This document shows positions 1 through 13,292 of a DNA stretch of 64,000 nt, piece after piece. Position numbers and translations under genes: made by a program. Source of the DNA: Callorhinchus milii (Eukaryota). The stretch lies in contig NW_024704742.1 in the NCBI RefSeq assembly GCF_018977255.1, forward strand, positions 111,788,001 through 111,852,000, given 5' to 3'. Every line of letters starts with the position of its first letter. Position 1 is the stretch's first letter. The notes below the pieces were generated by a model that was not told the origin of the DNA, did not search any database, and saw only the letters and a program-made list of their open reading frames with translations.

Positions 1-520
1 TGATATCATCCTTTCACAATACCCACTCTACGAGTCATCCCATTATAGTCTCAAACTGTTTCTTAAATACGTCCAGCATTCTGACCTCAAACAACCCGTT
101 GGCAATTCTTTCCGGCTGTTGATTATTAATAATAATCCTTTTAATTGATATAGGGTCTTTCATGTTAGGAGGATGAGGTTCTCATTCTCAAAAGCGCTTT
201 ATAAAGTGCTTACTGTAAAGTATAGTGACTGTATTTTGCAATCAATTATTTTCCACGCAAAAAGATACTTCCTAGTGTCTGTTCTGAAATTCCCTTTCAC
301 AACCCTGAATTTGGGTCATCTTGTCATGCCATATCTGTAAGTATTATTCTGGAGTCATTTTCTCTATCCAATACTTATATATCTCTATAAGATCCCTTAT
401 GGCAGCTATCTTTTCAAGACTGAAGAGCCTTACCATGATCTAATCATTCTTCACAGCTCATCTCAGAGGTGGAGCCACCTCAGGCTTCTGGGTATCATCC
501 TTGTTGCTGCGCTTAATTTT
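1..520 (-). mobile_element. CR1-clade LINE, decayed 3' part of ORF2, interrupted by a SINE tail at ~127-240
   Basis: Resembles the reverse complement of the CR1 3' ORF2 region seen at 6570-7050 and 26745-27236 (e.g. cttttcaagactgaagag, ctgggtatcatccttgttgct, ctttccggctgttgattatt). Confidence 0.65.
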
Positions 521-524
521 ATAA

Positions 525-607
525 CTGCAATGGAAGGACGGCAGGGTGGCTATTCTGGATGAGATCGAATGAGCCGAAGGGCCTTCTTCATCTGAACCAA
601 TCTTGTT
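525..607 (+). mobile_element. CR1-type 3' terminal fragment
   Basis: gatcgaatgagccgaagggccttctt matches the CR1-type 3' end motif; a related copy lies on the minus strand at 43145-43310. Confidence 0.5.
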
Positions 608-1059
608 TAACACAGCCAACTTTTTTTTAATATATTGTTATCCTACACATTTATACAAAGTGAGCAACAAGTCAACCCACCCCTAGGGTTAAAACATGTT
701 ATATTGATGGAATACCCTTGCAAATGTAATCATTAATTGTGAGAGTTACAAATACACTGTGCAGTGGAGAGATAAGATGCCGGTTTGTGCATTTCCTCAT
801 CCTGTAAGTTCCAGTGATCTGTCACACCACCATGGTAAAACAACACTTCCTGAAAGAGAGTGAAAGTCATCTCAATCTGGTCTTCTTGCACATAGTCACA
901 GTGGGGAAAGGGAAGCCTGGAGCAGCAAAATGCTACATTACATGGGAACACGGTGGGGGGGAGAAAAATAAATAAAGAAGCAAACAGTGATTGAATATTC
1001 TTATTTTTGTTTCTTTTGAGGTTTATATCTGCCATTACTGTCATCAATTTGTTTCTCAT

Positions 1060-1170
1060 GCCGAGTTTCCCCACAAAATTTACAGTCAATTCACTTTACA
1101 GTATATTCTGTGAAGCACTTTGAAGACTTGATAAGGCGCTGTATCAAATGCAAGGAATATTATTATTATC
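1060..1170 (+). mobile_element. SINE 3' tail fragment
   Basis: cagtcaattcactttacagtatattctgtgaagcactttga...ggcgctgtatcaaatgcaaggaatattattatt; the same tail recurs many times in the window. Confidence 0.85.
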
Positions 1171-2507
1171 ATGAGGCCCTACACAATGTGCTCAGCAGCT
1201 CTAAGTCAAGTAACAGAAAGGGTAGAGGTTACAAGATTACGACAGGACGGCTCACTGGAAATTAAAATCTATTCACAAAGTATGAAGGGAGCACTTCACT
1301 GAAAAATAATGCACTCTTTTAATGGTTATAATGCTCTTGTGTATGGTATATGTTTTATTAATTTTCAATGTTCATATCAATAGGCTGTACCCAGAATATA
1401 ATAATGATTATTAGTCTGTTTTGTGCTTTGGAAAAGAGAGAGCCTCAGGGCTACAGAGATCAAAGGCTCACAAGGACCTCAACATTGCAGCCTGTGCCCC
1501 AACTCTTTTGTTATTGCACTCCCGATCTGCACACACACAAATGGTAATGATTCAGTCTCATGCTGCATTTTCCATGTATGTTTCAGTCTCAGTTTTTTGC
1601 CCCATTTACACAACTTGAAAAACTTCAGGTTGCATCCTGCTGATGTAAACTGAATGCACAGCTAACAAGAACACATTGAAATGAAGCAATCAGATAAGCA
1701 ACTGTAATGCAACAGCAAGAACACTTTAGTACAAGACCTTATGCAGTGGGAGGTGTGATGAGAAGTTTTGTGGAAAGTGAAGCTTATGTTTTATTAATGG
1801 ATTGACAGCAAACTGTCGTAGCAATGTTAAACCAATCTTGTTTCTTTCAGGAGAATAGTCCATAACAACACATATCCCATAAAACTTTCATTGAAAAATG
1901 AGTAACTAGACAAATGCAAGTACTCACTTGCTCTTTCCTCCATGCTGACTTACAAAGGTAATCCATGCAATCTTAGCAGGTGTTGAATGAATGAGCGATG
2001 CTTCCCAAAATGAAGAGGTGGAGCCACCTCAGGCTTCTCTGCTTCAACAACAACAATAAATTACATTTGTACAGCACCTTTCACTTCACCTAGCAATCAG
2101 TTATAGAGGACCATTGACAAAGGTCTATGAGCAGGCTTGCCAAACCACAGTCCCAACTGGGAAATGAATAGTAGGGTGGCATAAAAGGGAAAAGGGAAAA
2201 AAAGGACATCAGTTAAATTATTGTTCAAAAATTGCAATGTAAAAACCTCTACAAATCACACTGCAAGTGCTTTGCAGTTATAACAGCACTGAGCTTAAAA
2301 TTTCAATTGATGGTGTCTTCAGAATCATGGTTTTATATAAAAAGGGTCAGAAAAAAAGGTGAATGCTTTGAAATACCAACTGAATCCAAATCACTATTAT
2401 TGGATATTAGAATGGCTCTGATATCAATTGTTTTATCTTGGAGAAAAAGGAAATGCCTACTGTGGAGATGGGTGATCTTATCCATTTAGTGAGTATCAGT
2501 CAGTGGA

Positions 2508-2690
2508 TAATAATAATAATAATAATAATCCTTGCATTTGATATAGCGCTTTTCACGTTGGGAAGACGTCCCAAAGCGCTTCACAGAACACACTGTAAAG
2601 TGAATTGACTGTATATTTGTGGGCGAACGCAGCAGCCAATTGCGCACAGCAATGTCCACAAACAGTCGTAGATTGAAAATGACCAATTTA
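2508..2690 (-). mobile_element. SINE 3' tail fragment
   Basis: (TAA)n-tccttgcatttgatatagcgc...gcagccaattgcgcacagca...cacaaacag is the reverse complement of the shared SINE tail. Confidence 0.9.
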
Positions 2691-3069
2691 TTATTGGTTT
2701 TGTTTTTTGATGTTTAGAGAGTTAAAGTACCACAAAGAGCATGATGAATTCAGCACTGATACTTATGTGCTCCATCGAAAGAGGTTATTGGATTTGCATA
2801 GAAATGAAGATTTTACATAACATTGTAAGGTCAGCATGAAAATAGAAATGTCATGTCTCCAGTTGATTGTTTTTAAAGAAGAAATCTATCTTTTACTTAG
2901 CGAAGAAAACAAATGAGAAGAACATGGATAACTGGCATTACCCATCCAGCGGTACCCTATTGAAGGTCATTATGGAACAAGATACAGATCTACAACTTTA
3001 AGTTAAATGGTCATAAGTAACAATGAACCTGGTCAGCCAAAGCTCCCTCATAAGGCTGATTTGTTGATG

Positions 3070-3340
3070 CTGGTCAGGCTCAGATGGTAGTACTCTTGCC
3101 TCTGAGTCGGCCTCTATGTCAGCACTTTGAACTCACAGTGTAACTGGCACTCCAATACAATGCTTTGGAACTGCTAGATTGTTTAAGGGCCCGACATTCA
3201 GTTGAGGCATTAAACTGTCTGATCAGATGGATGTTAAAGATCTTATTGTACTCATTGGAAAGTGAAGGGAGTTTCTTCTGATGTCCTAGCTAATAATCCC
3301 TTGGATAAAATTGATCATCCACTTCATGACGATGTGTGGG
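3070..3340 (+). mobile_element. tRNA-derived DeuSINE-like SINE (family A), 5' part
   Basis: A-box head ggctcagatggtagtactcttgcctctgagtc followed by a decayed Deu-like core (cagatggatgttaaagatc). Confidence 0.7.
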
Positions 3341-3486
3341 TCCACATCACTATCAGGTCTGAAACAGCACCATACAGAAAAACACAGGGAAAGGAATTAG
3401 TAGCAACCAAGTGCATGGGGTATGAGATACCCACAGAACCAAATTTATGTGGAGCTTTGGGTTGCACATAACCCCATATCTGGATG

Positions 3487-3867
3487 ATAATAATAATAGT
3501 AATAATAAAAATAATCCTTGCATTTGATATAGGGCCTTATCATGTCTTCTAGATGTCTCAAAGGTCTTCATAGAATATGCTGTAAAGTGAATTGACTGCA
3601 TATTTTGTGGGCAAAATGCAGCAGACAATTCTACACATCAGTGCCCCACAAACAGTCGCGGATTGAGTGACAACATTATTATTATATCTTTTTAAGGGAT
3701 TATTACCCCCAGAAAAGCAACCTGCCAATCAACTAGGTTCCTACTGCTAGATAAACAGAGGCATGTGGAGTAAGGAAACATGCCCAACATTTCACCCTGC
3801 CCGGGCATCGAGCCCAGGTCCTCTCACTTGCAAGTTGAGTACTCTAACCTCTGAGGTACAGTACACC
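3487..3867 (-). mobile_element. tRNA-derived SINE family B (different head/core, shared 3' tail), near full length
   Basis: The minus strand gives a tRNA-like head (ctcagaggttagagtactc...ctgggctcgatgccc), the core ttgggcatgtttccttactccac..cctctgtttatctagcagt, then the common tail and (TTA)n. Homologous to 35989-36358. Confidence 0.8.
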
Positions 3868-4589
3868 ACAATCAATTGTATGCTCAAATAAATTCAAAGG
3901 GAAAATAGTTGAATGGTTTGGCAGATCTATTGCTACATTCCCCCTCTAATGCTTGCAATATCCTTTCCCAGCGGTAGTGTGCACAAGGAATGGAGTCACA
4001 AGTGAACTTAACTAAGTTACTGACAAACTCTATTTCTCTCATATTATGCTTTGAACTGAATTTCATGTGAGTTTACTTTTACGATATAGAAGTGATCCTG
4101 GGGGTTAAAACGTTATGTTTGGTCTGTGCACTTGTAAGTTCACAAGACCTTATGCATTGGGAGGTGCTTGAAATCTTCTGTTGTCATTCCAAGTCTATTA
4201 TCTTGCATTCAGGTTCTGCTGGTTGTGTATGTTTCATGTTCAATTTCTTGAGGCGAAAACGAAAGCTATTATGTGTTCCACACAAGCACCAACTAACTCT
4301 GTGAACTTTGGAAGTCTTTTATGTGACATGGGGCGGGGGGGCGGGTGGGTGGCCTGGGTGTTAAAAGGAATTCCTCCAAATTTATTCTTGAAAGTTTTAT
4401 CTGTTGTTTTTTAATTCCCTTAGATTACATAAATTGCACGGCTCACATAACAATCCATTAATAAAAATCATACATGGACTGTGGAGGTTGTAATGAGTTG
4501 GTTTCAATGGCCATTGATTCTATAAATTAATAAGTTCTTTAGTAAATTTTCCAGTTGTGTGTATTGCCCAGTTTGCTAGCTGCCTGTGT

Positions 4590-4990
4590 CTCACTTAGCA
4601 AATGTCGTTGAGACGTCTCAAAGTGCTTCATAGGATTTACTACAAAATGGTTTTTGACTGTGTATTTTGTGGCATCCAGTTTGCACACAGCAATTTCCCA
4701 CAAAGAACCATAGAGTGAATAACCAATTTAATTTGTGGGATTATTGGCCAGGACACCGGGAGAATCCCCTTCTCTTTCTGAATAGTTCCATGGGATCTTT
4801 AACGTCGCCCTCAACAGGCAGACGGAATATTGGTTTAATATCTCATTTGAATTATGTCACGTCCGACAATGCAGCACCGCATTGAAGTGTCAGCTTCTTA
4901 GACTGTGTTATTCCAAGTGCTGAGGTGGACTTGAACCCACAACCTTATGACTCAGAGGCGAGAGTGCGACCACTGAGCCAAGCCAACACA
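4590..4990 (-). mobile_element. DeuSINE-like SINE (family A), near full length
   Basis: Minus strand: tggcttggctcagtggtcgcactctcgcctctgagtcataaggttgtgggttcaagtcc (A/B boxes), then tgctgcattgtcgga...aaagatcccatggaactattc (Deu core) and the tail. Confidence 0.9.
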
Positions 4991-5459
4991 CATGGATGAA
5001 TTCATGAAGGGTGAATTGAGTAGAATTACTCTATTTATTACAAGGGGCTTTTAAAATGACAACTCAATGGGATCATTATTTGTGCATGTGCATGTCTGTG
5101 AATACTATACACTTTCAATCGCTGCCAATGCATTCACATTAGACCCTGGCTTTCTATATATGTGAATACACAAAAATATGTTTCTTGCAGTGGGGGGGAA
5201 AAAAGAAAGTAAACCAAACTTAAATCCATTTCAAAATGGAACACAAAGGTTTTAAAAAGAATTTGAGTTAGGCTCACCAATGGTGGGATTTGGGCACACT
5301 ATAAGGTGAAGGGCAAGGTGGGTAGAATCTTACTCCTCCCACTTCATATTATAAGTCATATAATAATAATAAGTCATCGTGCTTATGTAACTCTCTGGAA
5401 GGACACATCCTGCTTACGTAATTCTGGAGAGTATAGATGCATAATTATTATTATTGCAG

Positions 5460-5995
5460 TTTTTTTTGATCAGCTGGGTATCTGACATACAGAATACCAT
5501 AATCATAGTTATGAGTATACAAACCAAGCTGAGAGTTTCACCTACACATGGAAATTCCAGAGATATTTATTGGAATGGAATGCGCACTCTCTCTCTCTCT
5601 GGAAGGACGCATCCTACTTACGTAATTCTGGAGAGTATTAGATGCGGTTGGCAAGAGCTAAGGCTTGGGGCCCCCAGAGTATGCGTTGGGATACTGCTGG
5701 AATGTGACCAGCTAAAACTGCCTGGCAATATTTCTCGCTGCTTGTCCAGCTAGGACCATCCTACCCATTTGGGATTTGGTTTGCGTGGTTAACAGGAGCT
5801 GAGTGGGAAGAATCCCTTCCCCAAGTAATCGGTCTGCCCTTCCAGGTCCTGCTGATAACTGGGCTGTCATCAACAACAACAACAATAACAACTTGGATTT
5901 ATATAGAGCCCTCCATGCCGGACGGCATCTCAGAGCGCTTCAATCCATCAGCAGTGCTGTGGAATACGGCAGACCCGTCTGGCTGAGGAACTCAA
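5460..5995 (+). repeat. Unclassified interspersed repeat (family X), longest copy; partial duplicate at 5375-5440; L2 tail inserted at ~5870-5945
   Basis: Collinear similarity to 23225-23505 (+), 14940-15705 (-) and 29960-30095 (-): gggt[a/g]tctgac..a[a/t]gagtat[a/c]caaacca..catcct[a/g]ctta..ctgctgga..accagctaaaa..tgtccagctag..gaagaatccc..gtcctgctgat. Confidence 0.75.
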
Positions 5996-6569
5996 TTAAG
6001 TTGAAAGAAAGCTTTTCAGAAACACTAGTAGCATCACTAGAGCCCAGGTACAGGGTAAAGTGCATCACGAAGTAAACTGTGTCTTTTTCAGAAAATTTCA
6101 TATTAGTTATATCAACTTCTGAAATCCGGGTCTCAAAGGACCCCATCTACATCTCCAAGGAGATGCTGTAAATATCATGGCAGCTTTCTGAGGTGATCTT
6201 GGGTCCAAATTGAATTCCCATAGGTTGGGTGATGTACATTGGATTCATTTAGTTTCTCAGGTCCTCATTTCCGCAGGTGAAGTGCCAGTAACATCCTTTC
6301 TCTCCTGGGGGAATGGTTTACCAACCCCAATGAGAGAGAATTCTGCTAATCCCTTTAAACATCCAGATTTTGATACATGGCAAGAACTCATAGAGCTGAA
6401 TTTCAAACATCTTCTTTCACAACCAAAAACAAAACTAACAAAAAAGGCCTTCAATTGATGTGAATGGCTTCCTCTTGGGAAAAATCAATGTCTCTCAGGA
6501 AGTACAAATTATATGTAGTGGGAGACCAGAAATGCAGTCTTAGTTAAAAGATTTCTTAAGTACTGAATA

Positions 6570-7360
6570 TGAATATGAATGTATAAATCATTGGTGAGAC
6601 TATAGTTCGAGTACTGTGTACAATTCTGGTCGCTGCAGTACAAAAAAGATAATGGAGAAATCAAGAAAATACAGAGGAGGGCAACCAAAATGATTGAGGG
6701 AATGGAAGGACTGGGCTATGAGGAGCAACTAAGTAAATTGGGTATGTTCACACTGAAAAAAAGAAGATTGAGAGGCAATATGATTGCTGTCTTTAAGATT
6801 CTAAAGGGGCAAGACAATATAGATCATGACAGGCTGTTTCAACTTGTCCAGAATAGTAGAACCGTAGGACACGGCCTCTGATTGAAGAGAGTAAATTCAG
6901 AACAAATTACGCAAATACTATTTCAGTGAGAGAATAGTCAACCTGTGGAACTGGCTCCCTAGGGAGATGGTTGAAGCAGGAATTGTTGATTCTTTCAAAC
7001 ACAGATAAGATTTTCTTTTAGAAAATAACATTATGGGATATAATATAAGACAGAAAAAAAACAATAATAAATTGGTCATTTCAATCCATGACTGTTTGTG
7101 GAACACTGCTGTGCGCAATTGGCTGCCGCATTTTGTCCACAAATATACCATTAATTCACTTTACAGTCTATTTTGTGAAGCGCTTTGAGACATCTGGAAG
7201 ACGTGAAAAGTGCTATATCAAATGCAAGGATTGTTATTATTATTATATAGTACATAGGTAGTTTGGGACATATGTGCATGCGACTGCCAGGATGGTGGAA
7301 GGCGAATTAGATGGACCTTGGTCTTTTTTCACGTGGCATTTTTTGTGTTCATATGTTCTT
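6570..7360 (+). mobile_element. CR1 LINE 3' fragment (ORF2 C-terminus and 3' UTR) with a SINE tail inserted at ~7060-7245
   Basis: ORF 6690-6881 (MIEGMEGLGYEEQLSKLGMFTLKKRRLRGNMIAVFKILKG) is a typical CR1 ORF2 C-terminal motif. The element resumes after the SINE and ends in gttcatatgttctt. Confidence 0.9.
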
Positions 7361-8569
7361 AATTACCTGGATATGATGGGTGTAGCTTTTAACTGCTATT
7401 TAATAGGATCACAACTTTACTAAGCCTGAGAGGAAACTCGGTTGAATTTGTGAGCTAGTTTCAGGATGTCGGCATCGAAAACAGTGTTGGGTCAGGAGTG
7501 GGGGAGATCTAACTTAGACCCTACTAGCAGCTTTCTGCCTTCACACAATATCCCAAGAAGTTTGATCTCGATGTGTTTTTAAAGGTGACAGAACAGTTTC
7601 TCAAGATGTTACATAACACCAATTCACTTTCAGCATATAGCAATCTTCTTTGGGTTTATATAATTTATACAGTAAGATGTTTATGTGAAGGCTGAGACAT
7701 GTAAAACAGGATGTTGTGTAGGTTTAATTTTTGATGGTTCTTTAAATCCATCTCTTGAAGCACTTGGAGCGCACAATCAGTGCATTGTTGAAATGGCAGC
7801 TGCACAAATTCATTTCACTATGGTCAGACATTAGCAGTACAGTATTTTGTAATAACTATGTCACTATGAATAGAATATTGTTAATTATCAAAAGCAGGGC
7901 AAGGAATCTGGGCTTAAAATATGCTTCCAATTTGATGTAGTTGGTATGAATGAGAGGGTCGAAATTCCAAGAGCCAAACACTGGAAAACAGTTTGAGGAT
8001 TCCTTTTTACCCCAGGTTATTTGGGCTCAAATATTTCGGGGAGTGGCATACGACTTCCTTAGATAACTGAGGCAAGCGGGAAACGGCAAAGACAATCATA
8101 GCCTGCAATGTGAGAGACCCTCTGACAGCCTAAGTGAGATTAACAAGGTACCTTCACCTGACAATGTGCAAGTGGAAGGAGCTACCCAAGGCACCGAGTA
8201 ATTCAATCTGCCCCTTAACTAGCAAATTATTTAAATCTAATTTTGCCCGGTTGTCTTCATAGGGCATGTCTATCCTTGCTAGCTGGTTCAGTCTCCTTTA
8301 TCCTAAGCAGTGTGCCATGAGAACATACCAGACTTGTCAATCTACCACACCTTAGCTCTGAACAGTACATTATATTTTGAAAACCCTACACACAGTTCAT
8401 GGGGCAAAAGTACTTTATTACACAGATCACAGGACATGGTCATGTGTTAAAGGCACAACATTTTGGCAAATATCATGAGTGAAAATTACAGAAAAAGAAT
8501 TAGTCAATGCATATAACTTGCCCAACATTTGCCTACCTGGGAAACGAACCCAGGGGAATCCAGGGGAGA

Positions 8570-9605
8570 TCCCATGATCCCATGATACTCTTCACAAAGA
8601 GAATGGAGTTTCTTGCAGTGTCAGACCAACAATCATCCAAAATAACATTGGTTATTTATTTCATGGCTATTTGTGGGACCTTACTTTCCTAAACTGGCTG
8701 CCGCATTTGGCCATGACAGTCACAGTCAATCCACTTTACAACAACAACAACAAAATTACATTTGTAAAGTGCTTTTCACGTTGGAAGGATGTCACAAGGT
8801 GCTGAACAGTCGGGAATCAGGACCCGAGGGTGGGGGGCAGGGTTGGGGTGAGGGAGGGCAGAGAGGTAGGAGGGCAGTTGAAAGCACGGTCAAAAAGGAA
8901 GATCTTGAGTCATGCTTTGAACAGGAAAGGGAGTGAGCAAGGTAAAGCGATTGTGGGATGGAGTTCCAAAGAGTGGGGGCAGAGAGGCTGAAAGCCCAGT
9001 CGCTGATGGTAGGGCGGGACAGACGGGAGACATGGAGCAGGCCAAGCCTGTTGAACAGAGAGAGCAGACGGTTGATAGGAGTCAGCAGGTCAGAGATGTA
9101 AGAGGGGGTGAGGCCATGGAAAGCCTTGAAGATGAGGATGAGGATTTTGAATTGGATCCTCTGAGGGATGGGGAGCCAGTGTAGCTGGGCGAAGGTTGGG
9201 GTAATGGAGTCATGGAGCCTGACACAGGAAAGGACATGAGCTGCAGAGTTCTGGATGATCTGCATACATGGAGGGAAGAGTTGGGGAGATCGACAAGGAG
9301 AGACTTTCTGTCGTCAAGCCTTGAGGTGTTGAATGCATGTATGAGGGTTTCAGAAGCCTGAGGGATGAGGCAGTGGCAGAGTCAGATAATGCTGCGGAGA
9401 TGGGGAAGGCAGAGTGAGTTGTGGCACAGAAATGGGCGAGAAAGGACAGTTGAGGGTCGAACAAGACGCCCAGGTTCCTGACTGGCTTAGTGAGGTGGAG
9501 TCTGCATCCGTGGCTGCTGATGCTGCCAGTGCCTCAGTATAACACGTGAAGCACTATCTCTCGATGCGAAAGGCTCTGTATCAATGTAAGGGTTATTATA
9601 ATTAT
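8570..9605 (+). mobile_element. SINE family A fragment split by an L2 insertion (SINE parts ~8570-8737 and ~9535-9605)
   Basis: gatcccatgatactcttc...cagtcaatccactttaca stops at the L2 tail. The rest of the SINE tail (gtgaagcact...gaaaggctctgtatcaatgtaagggttatt) resumes after the L2. Confidence 0.75.
8738..9525 (-). mobile_element. L2-clade LINE, 5'-truncated (ORF2 C-terminus, 3' UTR, (TTG)n tail)
   Basis: ORF 8792-9265 (IIQNSAAHVL...HDSITPTFAQLHWLPIPQRIQFKIL...AFSLSAPTLWNSIP) is an L2 ORF2 C-terminal signature; FDPQLSF lies upstream; the tail reads (CAA)n on the plus strand. Confidence 0.95.
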
Positions 9606-10484
9606 GATTGCAGGCTGAAAATAGTGGAAAATAAAGAAGTTTTAATATGAAGGAACATATTCCCAATTTTATCTGCTTTCCAATCTGCCATGTTGGTCCA
9701 TTCTAGACTTGAATGTAAGACTTTTACACCAACATGTATCAATTGTAAATTAGTACTGGTCTTAAAGCAATCTGAAATAATCAAAATTATAATACAAACG
9801 GTGCTTTACACCTCACCTGTTAATGAGGGCCAATTAAGGTTTTTACAGTGATAAAGTCAATTTATTTATACCCCTAAAAAGGCCAATGGAATTTTGCTGG
9901 GATTTTAAGACTGGTTACCTAATCTTACTCTCAAAGTTCCATCATTATAGCCATTAACTTTGGCATCCACAGGGTTTCAAGTAGAATGGACAATTTTAGT
10001 TTCAAAGCAAAATAATATCATGCAAACACAGCAATATTTGATGTATATACATGTATTTATGATTTTTATTTTTGTCTTAGCCGTGAGAGACACAAACATT
10101 AAGTTATTACTAATGCTGTCCTGAATTTTCAACAATTGTAATATAAATAAGTTCCGACAAAGTGGAGATCAGTTAGGAAAATTCTGTGCAGTGAAGAAGA
10201 ATTATGAGAAAGAACAAGTTAGCACTTGGGTGGACACATATTTACTGGAACAAGCTGATTCAATTGTTCAAGTGAGCATTGAAAGAATTATGCTATTTAT
10301 ACCCTCACTCAAAATAACTTATTTGTGTGAAAACTATGGTCTATTAACTATTTTTACATAAAACAACTATGTGTTGAATATATTTGTATGTGCTAAGGCA
10401 AATAATGCGTGAAAGGACTGTCTTGCTTAAATAAATCCTGTCTTGCATGGCAATGTCATGAATGAACCATTGAATGAAAGTTAC

Positions 10485-10688
10485 CCCCTCCTTTGCCTCC
10501 TTCAAAGCCCATCTCAAGACCTTCTTCTTCGACTGCGCCTTTAGTCATTCTCCTACCCCCACCCTCCCTGTCTCCATTATCTCTCCCGATCCCAATCCTC
10601 AGTTCGGGTGTGCATTCTTGAATGTCCAGCACTTTGGGATGTCCTCCTGACATGAAAGGCGCTATACAAATATAATTTGTTGTTGTTG
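10485..10688 (+). mobile_element. L2 3' end fragment
   Basis: gcctccttcaaagcccatctcaagacc...cagcactttgggatgtcctcctgacatgaaaggcgctatacaaat...ttgttgttgttg. Confidence 0.9.
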
Positions 10689-13084
10689 AACCAGAGAATG
10701 TCCAGAAGTACAGATACACTGAGGTTGAAAATGCAACATTCACAAACTCGATTTCACAAGCATCCACTCCTGCTGGGAATTGATATGGATTTTTCTGAAC
10801 TGTGGAAACTATAAAAGTAGAACCTGTTGAAGTTCCATTTCCATGGGTGGATGAGACTCACTTCTAGTTAATGGTTGGAGTTGCGATTTGTGACTCCAAG
10901 TTGCTATTTTTACATCCAGGTAGTGAATCAAATTTGCAACTTCACTCGTCTATTGTTGTACAGATTACAGTAATCATTGAGCTTCTCGTAATAACAGGTC
11001 ACTTGAACACTCTTTTTATATTGTTGTTTAATAATTGTTAACTTCTTTCCAAGGTTCTTTCTTACAATTCATTGAACATGAGATTATGGCCAATTATAAA
11101 AGAAACTTTCTCTCTTTACCCTTTGCTTTCACCAAGAAATAATCAAGTGAGTGGAAGTAGGAAATGTGTAAAGGTGACTTGGGACAAAAGGGCAAATGGA
11201 ATTTCAAAAAAGTGACATTTTTTTGTCTGGTGCATTCAAAAGGATTTTGAATAGATTTTTAAAGTAGCATAGAAATATTGTTGGGCAAGAGATAAATCAA
11301 AATAAATACTGTTATAATGTCCACTTGATAATTGCTATTTCAGACAAAGCTATATTCTATAGTTGCTCAAATGCACTGTTGACTTACTATACTTTATTTA
11401 ATACACTTACTCATACACTAGATCACTTAATGCACTTACTATTGAGTTTCATCAGTAGCAAATGTTTCAGTGTGTAGAAAACTACAACTGTCAACACTTA
11501 AGAGTATCAAAATAATAAGAGAGAAAGCATTCACTCAAAACACCTAAACCGATTGATAAAACAAATCTTAATTGATCTCAGCAAATTTTACTCTGTTTAA
11601 TAAATTTATAATCAAGGTAAATTGGTCTCCTAATAGTTTGAATTTTCGGTATGTTATGCTCTATTATATTCATCACACACTACAGATAATGCTGCTTTAT
11701 TGCATGCCTATATCGATTCCCTTTATCGACCACTACTAAGTTGAAAATATATTCTTCCATTTGTTTTTCTCCCTTGAATAACATTCACTGTATTATCAAT
11801 CCATAGAATGATACCGCATTTGGTAGTCAAGATTGCGTCAGAAGCAGTTCATGTGATTGAATATTTCTGATAGGCATATAATTCAATTGACAGTGCTAGG
11901 GATGAATTTGTTTTCCTTGTGCGTATGGTAAGAACGCCCACAGGTAATCTCTGGCTTGAGTCTGCAGTGTGACTGGATAGTTGAATTGTTGGCCTGGTAA
12001 TGCAAACATTATGCCTCAAACAAAACCCTCCATTGACCCATGCCAAGCCAGGTTTCACTCTCACTTTCTGTATCGTAACAGATATCAATTTATTTTAATA
12101 TCAAGCAAATAACTTTTCATAATATTCCCAACTATAAAATGACTTTCAGCTGTAAAATGCATATTTGTAGGAATGTTTGGTTACCTATTCCCATATTGGG
12201 GTTCAAATTGCAACAATTCCTAATGGGAATCATTATTGGCGATTCTGATTCACAAACAGAGTCAGCTTTTGGTAACAGGAAATATCTTGTGCTGATCTGC
12301 AGTAACTTCCCTCCTGCAGATCTATCTACCTGAGGAATGACAATTTGTGCGTCAGTATGATCTACTTCCCTTTATCAAAAGGAGTTGTTGTTTGGGACAC
12401 AGAATCATTAACAATTTCAGATTGCTTTACACTTATGATGCAGTACTAATTGTTGCTTGTTTGCAGCTTTGTACACATGTAAAGTAAAACATGAGTGGTC
12501 TCTATCTATGTGTCATATATATTGTATGAACCTAGAGTATGGGTAATCTTAAACTGCAAGAGTTTGGAATATAATAGAGCAATTGTTTGTGAACAAATAC
12601 ATGAGAAACAGTTACTACAAATATATCAGTGTTCCAAAGTACTCTGACTAGGCCAGATGCCTATTGAATCATTAAGAGTGTAAGCACTCTGATGAACTGA
12701 AACATTTATAGTGCTTTAAAATGGGTGCAGAGTTAAAAATGAATCAAGTGAAACCACACAGTAATGTAATTATTACAGAGTATACGCCAGGAGGGATTAT
12801 AATGCCAAGGCATATATTTAAAAAATAAAACCAGCTGATGCTACAAATGTACAGCAGATTGCTTAGCATCTGAGAAATAAAATACAGGTTAATGTTCTCT
12901 GTATTCCAAGCTACCTGAATTTCTCAAATTCTGAAAAAGATGCTTCTGGAAATGTTCTGGTACATGTTTATCTAATACCACCCTACCTTGAGGGTTTTAT
13001 CTTTGGTGGGGTTATGGACACCTCCAAGTATCCCTGACAGGTCAGACTACACCAAAACTACATTGCATTACTTTTACATTCCCC

Positions 13085-13292
13085 ATATTACAAAGATTAC
13101 AAAGAACCCTTTGTATGCCACTCGGTCCATCCAGCCTGAGATGCTGTTTATACTACACACGAGTCTTCAACCATTCCGTACTCCTTCCATATCCTTCTAT
13201 TCCCCTTTTTCTCATGTGAAAGTCTAGCTTCCTGTTGCATGCATCTACACTGTCTGATTCAACCATTGCTTCAGACAGCGAGTTCCATAATC
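13085..13292 (-). mobile_element. CR1 LINE 3' fragment
   Basis: cagacagcgagttccata, catctacactgtctg and gccactcggtccatc resemble the reverse-complemented CR1 3' end. Confidence 0.55.

Noticed and set aside
733..1089. 118-aa minus-strand ORF
   Set aside because: It starts in a SINE tail, has no recognisable protein motif and no convincing exon boundaries.
8792..9265. LINE-derived ORFs as functional or domesticated genes (also 48943-49419, 13997-14554, 6690-6881)
   Set aside because: Short, frameshifted, truncated ORF2 remnants still attached to LINE 3' tails.
10877..10943. Possible pre-miRNA hairpin (gagttgcgatttg...caaatttgcaactt)
   Set aside because: Large asymmetric bulge, many G-U pairs, and no match to any miRNA I recognise.
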